DNA from: Sulfurimonadaceae bacterium
GTDB lineage: Bacteria > Campylobacterota > Campylobacteria > Campylobacterales > Sulfurimonadaceae
NCBI GenBank assembly: GCA_041548245.1
Contig: JBFESZ010000032.1
Span: 1 to 19,791, forward strand
Direction: 5' to 3'
DNA length: 19,791 nt
Shown here: piece by piece, positions 6,092 through 13,980 of the stretch
Position numbering within the stretch: the stretch's first letter is position 1
Layout of the letters: each line of letters opens with the position of its first letter
The notes under the pieces: generated by a model
What the model saw: only the letters and a program-made list of their open reading frames with translations
Told to the model about the DNA's origin: nothing
The model's database searches: none
Program-made: the position numbers and the translations under genes

Positions 6092-7248
6092 ATGTTTTCT
6101 CCTGTTGGGATTGTTTGATGTTCAAGATTATAGGCCTGTTGATAGGCAATAAAAAACCTGATGACTTTTTTAATACTGAATTTCCTCTCTTCATCCAGTG
6201 TACTGGTATTGAGCCATGAGAGGATCTGGCTTAAAGACCAGTTGAGCTTCACTCCTGCGTAATTATGACTCCACTGCTGTTGCAGCGCAAAGGTCTCTTC
6301 CTGCCTAATGGATTTTTCAATGATATGCAGCATATGAAAGACCATTAGAACGGATTTTTTATCTGAAAACATCTTGAGAAAATTGTCTTTCTCCTGTTCG
6401 CTTAATGGTGTCGGTTCTATCAATGATATCTCATAATAGTTCAAAAGATGAGTTGAATCTTCTGGAGAGGTTTTATAGGCCCTTTCAAAGACATCAGCCG
6501 CTTTTTTGTAATCGTGCTTCTGCCAATATAAGAGACCTAGCTTGTTTAAGACAAGGGTATTGTTGTTCTCTTCATTCAAAGAGTGTTCAAAACTAGTCAC
6601 TGCCTGTTCGGTCTTCCCAAGGATAAGTTCCACTTGTGCAAGGGTGCTGTAGCTTTGAGCATCCGGTTTGATGCTCAGTGACCTTTGTAAGTGGGTGTGA
6701 GCTTTTTGGTAGGCTTCATCCTCAAGGTACATATGAGCTATGCCCCGATGAGCCTGGTAAGAGGCGGGATTAATTGCAAGGGCTTTGTGATAGTGTTTAA
6801 GGGATAATGCTCTGTCGCCTAAGTGTTTATAGCTATGTGCCAACTGAAGATAGGCTTCTTCACTGTTCGGACGGTGATAGATGGCCTTTTCAAGAGATTG
6901 TATGCAATCACGATATTGGCCATCTTTCTTTTGCGCCTCTGCTTGCGTCATATAATCAGTGTATGTAAGAGTAGAAAATTCGGTGTCAAGGTGTTTTTTA
7001 TTGATATTTATGTGAGACACCTCCTGCCATGAGTTTAGGATGCCACAATAACTCTTTATAGTAATAAGTTCTTTTTGGCTGTTTGCATAGGCCACTTTGG
7101 CTGTAGCAGAACATAATAAGGCATTGCCATCTTTATGCTCGAGTTTTAGATAGTTTGGTTTTAATGTGTCTATTGTTGGAGGGAAAAGTTTATGAAAGAC
7201 AGACATTGCTAAGAGCAAAACAGTACAAATAAGCAAGAGATATGGCAT
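6088..7248 (-). CDS. Membrane-anchored or secreted tetratricopeptide-repeat protein
   Basis: N-terminal hydrophobic segment and about 5 consecutive TPR units (AYLQLAHSY..KALAINP, AHRGIAHMY..SLSIKP, VLNKLGLLY..AYKTSP). ATGA overlap with rnhB. Confidence 0.85.
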   Translation of the reverse strand: MPYLLLICTVLLLAMSVFHKLFPPTIDTLKPNYLKLEHKDGNALLCSATAKVAYANSQKELITIKSYCGILNSWQEVSHININKKHLDTEFSTLTYTDYMTQAEAQKKDGQYRDCIQSLEKAIYHRPNSEEAYLQLAHSYKHLGDRALSLKHYHKALAINPASYQAHRGIAHMYLEDEAYQKAHTHLQRSLSIKPDAQSYSTLAQVELILGKTEQAVTSFEHSLNEENNNTLVLNKLGLLYWQKHDYKKAADVFERAYKTSPEDSTHLLNYYEISLIEPTPLSEQEKDNFLKMFSDKKSVLMVFHMLHIIEKSIRQEETFALQQQWSHNYAGVKLNWSLSQILSWLNTSTLDEERKFSIKKVIRFFIAYQQAYNLEHQTIPTGENI

Positions 7249-7353
7249 AAAAAAAGAAACCTTTAGAGACGTTTTAGTCGTACTGTACTATTATAGTTAA
7301 AATTATACCCTCTTAGTCTGTTAAGGACTAAAAGGTTTAAGATATGAGGTGAC

Positions 7354-7638
7354 ATGTCATTACAAGAGTGTAAAGAGTCTCTATTGGAGCATGATATCAA
7401 TCCGGTCTCAAGTGTTGAGTATGAGATTAATGGAGAGATTTATACATTAACGCTGGAATGGATTATAGAGGCGTTTCTGAAGACAGAGAAGAGAGAACTT
7501 TTTATGGAGCTTTTTCATAAAGTAATCCAAGGGAGTAATAGTGATATCGAGCAGTTCTTTCAACAGATGGGGCAGCTTATATTGATGAGTTCACTTTCAC
7601 AAAAGACGAATGAGCTTTATACGACAAAGGTGGACTAG
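7354..7638 (+). CDS. Hypothetical protein (acidic, 94 aa)
   Basis: GAGGT RBS upstream, protein-like composition, and it fills the gap between neighbours. Confidence 0.75.
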   Translation: MSLQECKESLLEHDINPVSSVEYEINGEIYTLTLEWIIEAFLKTEKRELFMELFHKVIQGSNSDIEQFFQQMGQLILMSSLSQKTNELYTTKVD

Positions 7639-7652
7639 GTTTTGATTTTTCT

Positions 7653-7922
7653 CTATCGCCGATGAAAAGAATGCATAAAATGATAAATCGTCTGACCCAG
7701 GCTGATACCGTGACGAAGCTCAAGTGTATGCAACTCTGTTGAAAGTTTTTCAAGGTTACTTCTCTTGAGTGATAAAGAGGTGTTGATACTTTTGGAAGAG
7801 ACGGTATTGATAAACCTTGTTATTTCGGCCCCGTATCGCGCTCCCACTGCTACTCTTATCTCCTGCAGAGCTTTTACAACACCGTTGAGTTCATTCATTT
7901 TGAATTTTATATAGGTCTTCAT
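7653..7922 (-). CDS. Hypothetical protein (basic, 89 aa)
   Basis: AAGGAG RBS and extended -10 TGcTAGGAT upstream on the minus strand. Confidence 0.72.
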   Translation of the reverse strand: MKTYIKFKMNELNGVVKALQEIRVAVGARYGAEITRFINTVSSKSINTSLSLKRSNLEKLSTELHTLELRHGISLGQTIYHFMHSFHRR

Positions 7923-8051
7923 ATCTACTCCTTGACATCATCTCTGTAAGACAATCCTAGCACAGCAAAAATTTAATATCAAAATAAAAATAAAGTTAGA
8001 TCTGATTTTAAAGGGGGAAAAGAGTTACGATAAAGAGAGTATGCTCTAAAG

Positions 8052-8771
8052 CTACTCTTCATCGGTTTTAGTCAAGGTCATCTCGTAGAGCCATTGTTGC
8101 AGTGGTAAAAGTTCCTCGTATATATTAAAACATCTGTGGATGAAGTCAGCAGAGAAATAGGTCTGATCGGGAACGAATTTTTTATTGACGACCATTCCGT
8201 CAAGCAGGGCTAAATCGGGGTATGGATAGGTTCTGTCAAATCCTCTTGGAAGCCGTTTGTATGATGGTTGAATGATGTTATACCCCTGTTGTTGGCATCT
8301 TTGTAAAATCGCATAAAGCTTGTCAGCATTGTCAAGGTCTAGGATATAGTCTCTGTAGGTTGATAGCAAGAAGGTGTCAAACTTACGGATACCCGCTCCA
8401 ATAACATATTCCTGTGGTGTTACCCGGGTATAAAAATTTGAAGACTGTGTACGTTTTCCTTTGCCTTGCCAAAAGACAACACCGGTATGTGTTTTTAGAG
8501 GGGTCTTGTCTTTGGCAAAACGGGTGTCCCTGTAAATACGGTATAGTGAACCATTTATTTTTGGGACAGCGTTAATGCTAGGGACCAAGGCTTGGATATG
8601 TTCGCCCATCTCGATGACAAAGGCACGGTTTGGTTCCAAAATATGCTCTTCATATATATGTTTTCTATCTTCAAACCACTCTTTTGTGTTGTTGCCTCGA
8701 AGTTCTTGTAAAAAAGTGAGTCCCTCTTTGGTATAGCCCTTGAATGAAGCTGGTTGATGGGTAATTGTCAT
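8052..8771 (-). CDS. DUF2461 / TIGR02453 family protein
   Basis: FLQELRGNNTKEWF, RIYRDTRFAKDKTPLK and KRLPRGF motifs. Confidence 0.9.
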   Translation of the reverse strand: MTITHQPASFKGYTKEGLTFLQELRGNNTKEWFEDRKHIYEEHILEPNRAFVIEMGEHIQALVPSINAVPKINGSLYRIYRDTRFAKDKTPLKTHTGVVFWQGKGKRTQSSNFYTRVTPQEYVIGAGIRKFDTFLLSTYRDYILDLDNADKLYAILQRCQQQGYNIIQPSYKRLPRGFDRTYPYPDLALLDGMVVNKKFVPDQTYFSADFIHRCFNIYEELLPLQQWLYEMTLTKTDEE

Positions 8772-8921
8772 CTTGTGATCTTTATGATGGACTGATCATT
8801 TTGGATATAAAATATCGGAAGTTTTTTCATTTTGCAAGTATACATTATTTTGTAAAAGCGTAAAAGATTATTAATAGATAATGTGATATAACGTCGCTCA
8901 ATAATTTTAAAAGGTGACGTT

Positions 8922-9680
8922 ATGAAGTTTGTAGCATATTTTTCACTGCTTGCAATGATATTCAATCTCTTCTCTTTCGCTAATGAAGAGGCACTGATCG
9001 TCGCGGCGAAAAACAGTAGTCTAGAGAATGTAAAGGCCGCGGTGAAAGCCGGTGCCGATGTGAATATGGCTGGTGAAGGTGGAGCGACCGCTTTGATGTG
9101 GGCTTCAAAAAACAACAGTACGGATATTGTAGACTTCTTGCTCGCAAAGGGTGCGGATGTAAATGCACAAGACAGTGCAGGCTACAGTGCTTTGATCTAT
9201 GCCAGTAATGAGGGTAATGTCAAGGTAGCAGTTAAGCTTATTGAGCAGCATGCGGACTTGAACATACAGACGAAAAATGAGAATACGCCATTGATTATCG
9301 CGGTTCAGCAAGGGCAATTAAACATTGTCAGATTACTCGTCGATAAAGGGGCCAAAATCGACATGACGGACGGTGGCGGTTATACCGCTTTGATGCACTC
9401 GGCCCAAAATCATAAAAAAGATGCATTCAAGATTGTTCAATACCTCGTGAAAAAGGGTGCGAATGTCAATGCTAAAGATGATGAGGGATATACGGTCTTA
9501 ATGGCTGCAGCTGAAAGCGGTTATGTTGAGATGATTGATCTGTTATTTAAACATGGTGCAGATAAAAACCTGAAAGATACCGAGGGTATGAACGCATTTG
9601 CGTATGCTGAAGCAGAGATTGACGGACTTGAACCGGCAGAAGTGGCAAAGCATAAAGAGGCGATGAAGCTTTTAAAATAA
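8922..9680 (+). CDS. Secreted ankyrin-repeat protein
   Basis: Signal peptide (..FSFA), then six full roughly 33-aa ankyrin repeats (GxTALMxA...LLxxGADVN) and a partial seventh. Confidence 0.93.
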   Translation: MKFVAYFSLLAMIFNLFSFANEEALIVAAKNSSLENVKAAVKAGADVNMAGEGGATALMWASKNNSTDIVDFLLAKGADVNAQDSAGYSALIYASNEGNVKVAVKLIEQHADLNIQTKNENTPLIIAVQQGQLNIVRLLVDKGAKIDMTDGGGYTALMHSAQNHKKDAFKIVQYLVKKGANVNAKDDEGYTVLMAAAESGYVEMIDLLFKHGADKNLKDTEGMNAFAYAEAEIDGLEPAEVAKHKEAMKLLK

Positions 9681-9700
9681 GACTCATCCCACTTTTTTAA

Positions 9701-9740
9701 GACAGGCACTCTCTTCAAAGGCCTGTCATTTTTATTTTTC
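9701..9740. terminator. Intrinsic terminator between convergent genes
   Basis: GACAGGC (9701-9707) / GCCTGTC (9721-9727) inverted repeat, followed on + by ATTTTTATTTTT. Confidence 0.65.
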
Positions 9741-9857
9741 CATACCCCGACTCATATAAGCTAATACAAGTGCAACGACGATCAATACGCCAAACATGAC
9801 AAGCCAGATGGTAAAGTCGACTCCGCCTGTTTGTGAAGTATTGTCAATAGGATTCAT
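9732..9857 (-). CDS. Unannotated 41-aa single-transmembrane peptide
   Basis: MNPIDNTSQTGGVDFTIWLVMFGVLIVVALVLAYMSRGMEK*. ATG lies 2 nt after the ppnP stop, and the stop sits just before the terminator hairpin. Confidence 0.7.
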   Translation of the reverse strand: MNPIDNTSQTGGVDFTIWLVMFGVLIVVALVLAYMSRGMEK

Positions 9858-9859
9858 AT

Positions 9860-10177
9860 TTAGTCTTTAAAGTATGAACAACAGTAGTCAGTGACACTTT
9901 TAACATTGACTTGAAATTTTGAGTTAGCAGGCACTTTAAACTCTTCTCCACCTTTGATTGTCACAAAGCTGTCTGAACCTGGAAGTTTGACATCAAGTTC
10001 ACCTGCTGTAATCTCCATAAGCTCTCTGTCAGCAGTACCAAACTCATATTCGCCTGGCATCATGACACCTAGTGTCTTGATGGATCCATCTTCGAAAGTC
10101 AGTGTACGGCTTGTAACCTTACCGTCGAAATAAAAGTTCGCTGCTCTGGCAACGGTTACGTTTTTAAATTCTGTCAT
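9860..10177 (-). CDS. ppnP: Pyrimidine/purine nucleoside phosphorylase (DUF1255, cupin)
   Basis: [41 protein letters not shown] and DYCCSY motifs. AAGGA RBS and TGcTACACT -10. Confidence 0.93.
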   Translation of the reverse strand: MTEFKNVTVARAANFYFDGKVTSRTLTFEDGSIKTLGVMMPGEYEFGTADRELMEITAGELDVKLPGSDSFVTIKGGEEFKVPANSKFQVNVKSVTDYCCSYFKD

Positions 10178-10213
10178 AGTAGTCCTTGAGTTGATTTGTG
10201 AAAGTGTAGCATA

Positions 10214-10420
10214 TTATAGTGGTCGTACAAGTCTCTTGATCTCTTTTGGAAGATGGGCAAAGGGAAGTTTCATGACATGCTTTTTCTCCCCTTCGACTTT
10301 TATAGAGACATCAACTTCCATAGTATTAGGATTAAAAGAGATGATTCTGATCTCTCTTTCATCTTCTATGTAGGAGATGTTTTGTTCTGATAGGTTGATT
10401 ACTCGTTTCTTTTTTGCCAT
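10214..10420 (-). CDS. Small hypothetical protein (68 aa), probably leaderless
   Basis: Compact ORF ending FAHLPKEIKRLVRPL. Extended -10 TGtTAAAAT ends 6 nt before the ATG. Confidence 0.8.
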   Translation of the reverse strand: MAKKKRVINLSEQNISYIEDEREIRIISFNPNTMEVDVSIKVEGEKKHVMKLPFAHLPKEIKRLVRPL

Positions 10421-10426
10421 GTTGAA

Positions 10427-10435
10427 ATTTTAACA
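10427..10435 (-). promoter_or_regulatory. Extended -10 promoter giving a leaderless transcript
   Basis: Minus strand reads TGTTAAAAT-TTCAAC-ATG, with no Shine-Dalgarno. Confidence 0.7.
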
Positions 10436-11710
10436 TTAAATTTCACTTCCCCATCGTAAAGTGTCCAAACCATATTTTTCCCGAAGCTTTTTCGTTTTTT
10501 GTGTCAGTGTGTACTGTTTCCTGTCCTGTTCAAACTCAAGAAGCGAGAGAGCACGATGAGAGTGTAGTGTAAATTGTGAGGTAGAGATGCTGATGCGGAT
10601 AATACGCAAGGATGGAAAGGTGTCAGCCTCTTTGAACAGTGCGACACAAAGATCTTTAAAAAACTTTTCACTAAAGAGTCTATTAAGTGAGATGTTTGCC
10701 TTGCCTTTGTGTTGGAGTTCATAAGAGAGACTCAGATGAAAGAGAGTGGGGATGACATCCATCCTCATAATAGCAAAACTGAGATGTCTACTTAAAATTA
10801 CGAGACGACGCAAGGCCTCTTGTCTATCGTGTATAGGATCAAAAGTACGCGATATGCCGATGGACTTGCGTATGTGTTCTTTTTCTATGGGTGTTTTGTC
10901 AATCCCGCAGACTCTAAGGTAGAGATCCCACGCAGATTTTGTCTGATGCAAGAAGAGCTCTTTGGCATTTTGAATATCTCCTAGTGTCTGTAAGCCATAG
11001 CCATGGAGTTTTTTCGCTGTCTTTTTTCCGATTCCGGGAAAGTCTGTCAGGGGAATATTATGGATAAAGGCATCTACCTCATCCCTGAAAACAGTCTTTA
11101 TACCAAAGGGTTTTGCATGGTTTGTGGCAAGTTTCGCGGTATATTTGCTTGGGGCAGCACCGATAGATATAGGAAGGGCGAGTTTAGTATGTACTTCGTC
11201 TTGCAGGGCCTTAATAAAGGACGGTACATCCTTCTCTTCCACCCATCCACCAAGGTCTCCGTAAAACTCATCGATACTTCCTTGTTCAAGCAGAGGAATA
11301 CGAAGCCGTAAAAACTCATGTAATTCATGTGAGAGCTTTTGATAGAGTTTCATGTTGGGCTTTTTGATGATGATGTGAGGACATCTTCTCAATGCTTCAT
11401 TGATAGTTGTTCCCGTTTTGATTCCGAATTTCCTGGCTTCATAGGAAGCCGTTGTGAGGATACCTCGAATACGTCCGTCCGGATCAATAAAACGATTGAG
11501 ATCATTCTGCCCGCTGGAAGGGGTGTCTTGAAAAAAGTTCATCACAAAAGCACCGTTATTGGCGAGACTCATGCTTTGATGGGTACTCTGTCTGGAAAAG
11601 ATATATTGATCCGAACGTCCTCCGACACCGACAGGTTTGCCTTTTAAACTGGGATCGATGATACGCTCGGCTGAGACAAAAAAACAGTCAAGGTCTATGT
11701 GTATTTTCAT
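10436..11710 (-). CDS. dinB: DNA polymerase IV (Y family)
   Basis: IHIDLDCFFVS, ASYEARKFGI, SIDEFY, AKLATNHAKPFG, FPGIGKK and RKSIGISRTF motifs. Confidence 0.95.
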   Translation of the reverse strand: MKIHIDLDCFFVSAERIIDPSLKGKPVGVGGRSDQYIFSRQSTHQSMSLANNGAFVMNFFQDTPSSGQNDLNRFIDPDGRIRGILTTASYEARKFGIKTGTTINEALRRCPHIIIKKPNMKLYQKLSHELHEFLRLRIPLLEQGSIDEFYGDLGGWVEEKDVPSFIKALQDEVHTKLALPISIGAAPSKYTAKLATNHAKPFGIKTVFRDEVDAFIHNIPLTDFPGIGKKTAKKLHGYGLQTLGDIQNAKELFLHQTKSAWDLYLRVCGIDKTPIEKEHIRKSIGISRTFDPIHDRQEALRRLVILSRHLSFAIMRMDVIPTLFHLSLSYELQHKGKANISLNRLFSEKFFKDLCVALFKEADTFPSLRIIRISISTSQFTLHSHRALSLLEFEQDRKQYTLTQKTKKLREKYGLDTLRWGSEI

Positions 11711-11732
11711 GAACGCAGTATAGGGTGTTCAT
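11709..11732 (-). promoter_or_regulatory. dinB leaderless promoter inside an inverted repeat
   Basis: Minus strand reads ATGAACACCC-TATACT-GCGTTC-ATG. The -10 is at 11717-11722, 6 nt before the ATG, flanked by ATGAAC/GTTCAT. Confidence 0.6.
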
Positions 11733-11744
11733 CAAGACAATAGT

Positions 11745-11768
11745 AAGAAATATGGCACTCTGCCATGT
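11745..11768 (-). terminator. Probable terminator of the TonB-dependent receptor gene
   Basis: ATGGCA-GAG-TGCCAT hairpin followed by ATTTCTT on the minus strand, about 11 nt after the stop. Confidence 0.5.
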
Positions 11769-11777
11769 GAAAGAGGA

Positions 11778-13808
11778 TTAAAATTTATAGCGAAGCGTCA
11801 TATAGGCGGTAGTCCCTGGTCCACCCGGAATCTCATCAAGATTTCGTCTTACCGGCTCGGGATAGGTGTACTTTTCATCAAATATGTTCTTAACGATCAG
11901 ACTTCCTTCAAAAGGGAAGTTTGAATAGGTGATGACAAGATTAGCCAGATTATAGTTGTCAATGGAACCTTTTGAGCCTCCATCAAGTACATAATCTTTT
12001 GAACCAATAAATTGATCGGAAAGTGTAGTGCTCCATTGATTGTTCATATGGTATGTCAATACGGCATTAGCGGTATAGTTGGCGATAAAGGGGGCATCAC
12101 CGTCAAACCCTGGTTCAAGGTACTCAGTAGTTTTGTCTTGACCATTAGAGTAGGCAGCATTGAGCATTAGCTCGAAGTTTTGATTTAGAATTGATTTCCA
12201 TTCGGCCTCAATACCGTACATGTCCCTTCCCGGTGCATTGAAGTACTCGGTTGCTGTGCCGCTGGCTGGTCGTCTGGTGATCTCTTTACGCAACTGAAGA
12301 TAGAACAAGGTAAGCTGCAGTTGGTTTTCCTTGTTAAGAGCAGAATCTAAGGCAAGCTCATAGTTTTTAATTTCTTCTCTGTCTAGATTCATATTTCCGA
12401 ATGTAAAGCCCGGTACATAGACATATTGTTCAAGAAAGACAGGGGTTCTAAAGGCTTCACTATAGAGGGCCTTGATATAGGTGTTTTTGGCTGCCCTGTA
12501 GGTCAGGCCTAAACGGGGAACAATACCGCTATAGCCGACGATATCATTGTCTTCACCTCTAACTCCTGCAATTCCAAGCCAATCTTCGTTAAAATGATAT
12601 TTTATCTGTCCGTAAGCTGCAAATGTTTTTGTATGTGGGGATAGGGTGAATCCACCATTATTATTTCTTGCCCCATCACTGTCATAAATGAAGTCCAAAG
12701 AAGTGGACTCATCATATTCGCCACTTGCACCGATGATATAACTGAAGGCATCATTTACTTTCTTTTTGTATTGGGCTTCAGCTGAGTAGCGTTGGACAGT
12801 ATTGTACATTGTCGTCTCTGTAGATGTCCGTCCGGTTACAGATGGATGAGCTGTACCGGCAGGAAAAGGGAACTCTCCTGCATGATAGACTTTGTCAGCA
12901 TAGTCATAACGCAGCCAAAGGTTGAGTTGACCGTCATCGATCGTGAAATTCTTGTTCACATCAAGGTAGAAAGACTCTTGCTGATTGATTCCGTTAAGCC
13001 AGACCCATGGATTGAACCCAAAGCGTGCATCTTCATGTTTTGAATAGGCGGCATTGATCGTCCATGTGTCATCATGGACATTCAGGAAGAGGTTGGCAAG
13101 GTCGTCTTGATAATCAAGATCGATGATATGTGGAGCAGGATAGGTGGTTGTGTCCACAAGTCCTCCTGGATTTTCGGCAATGCTCCCTCCATAATTGTAT
13201 CCCCTGTCTCTTTGGATACTTCCACTAAGCGTCATGTTGGCATTATACAGATTGAAGTTACCATAATAGTGGTCGTGGCTGCCCACACGCGCGGTCACTT
13301 CATTGGCGTTTTCAACACCCTGTTTGGTGATGATGTTGACGACTCCGCTGATAGCATTGGTCCCATACAGAGAAGAAGCAGGGCTGCGTACGACTTCGAT
13401 ACGTTCGATCGCTTCGATGGGGATAAATTCGGTGTGTCCGGAACCAAATAGACGTTCATAGGATGGATGCCCATTTATCATGAAAAGGGCTTTGGTGTTA
13501 AAAAGTCCCGGAGTGACCCCGCGAAAGGTGACAACACTATATCCCATATAGCTTTCATTTACGACAATACCCGGAAGATAGCCAAGTGCCTCATAAACAT
13601 TTTGAACACCCCACTCTTTAAGCTGTTGAGCGGTGATGACAGATACTATTGCCGGTGTTTCAAGAAGGGACTCTTTCTCTTGTGAGGCAGTCGTGACTTC
13701 AACACTCATCAGTTCTTCAAGGGAGAGGTTGAAAAGTGTGTCCAATTCAGGTTCGTTGGCGTAGAGTAGAATAGAACAGCATAGACTAATAAAAGTAAAT
13801 TTTCTCAT
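11778..13808 (-). CDS. TonB-dependent outer-membrane receptor
   Basis: Signal peptide, LSLEELMSVEVTTAS N-terminus, plug motif IERIEVVRSPASSLYGTNAISGVVNIITK, VKNIFDEKY, and C-terminal YMTLRYKF. Confidence 0.95.
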   Translation of the reverse strand: MRKFTFISLCCSILLYANEPELDTLFNLSLEELMSVEVTTASQEKESLLETPAIVSVITAQQLKEWGVQNVYEALGYLPGIVVNESYMGYSVVTFRGVTPGLFNTKALFMINGHPSYERLFGSGHTEFIPIEAIERIEVVRSPASSLYGTNAISGVVNIITKQGVENANEVTARVGSHDHYYGNFNLYNANMTLSGSIQRDRGYNYGGSIAENPGGLVDTTTYPAPHIIDLDYQDDLANLFLNVHDDTWTINAAYSKHEDARFGFNPWVWLNGINQQESFYLDVNKNFTIDDGQLNLWLRYDYADKVYHAGEFPFPAGTAHPSVTGRTSTETTMYNTVQRYSAEAQYKKKVNDAFSYIIGASGEYDESTSLDFIYDSDGARNNNGGFTLSPHTKTFAAYGQIKYHFNEDWLGIAGVRGEDNDIVGYSGIVPRLGLTYRAAKNTYIKALYSEAFRTPVFLEQYVYVPGFTFGNMNLDREEIKNYELALDSALNKENQLQLTLFYLQLRKEITRRPASGTATEYFNAPGRDMYGIEAEWKSILNQNFELMLNAAYSNGQDKTTEYLEPGFDGDAPFIANYTANAVLTYHMNNQWSTTLSDQFIGSKDYVLDGGSKGSIDNYNLANLVITYSNFPFEGSLIVKNIFDEKYTYPEPVRRNLDEIPGGPGTTAYMTLRYKF

Positions 13809-13980
13809 ATGACTCTCGAACCTAGCAACTTATGTAATGCTAACAGGTTAACAGAGTTTTTTTTAAAGGGAGTTGAATAAAATAAAGTTATATCGCCTAA
13901 GGATGAGTAGAAATGAGTTTGCTATTTAAAAAAAGCCTGAAGTTAAAAAAAGATAGAATGCTTTGATAAAGGAGAGCGGT

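Noticed and set aside
8005-8035. Sigma28-like TAAAG...TACGATAA on +
   Set aside because: Spacing is 13 rather than 15, and it points antisense into DUF2461 with no downstream gene.
8768-9718. Minus-strand ORFs 8768-9115, 8980-9168, 9105-9317 and 9521-9718
   Set aside because: Antisense shadows of the ankyrin gene.
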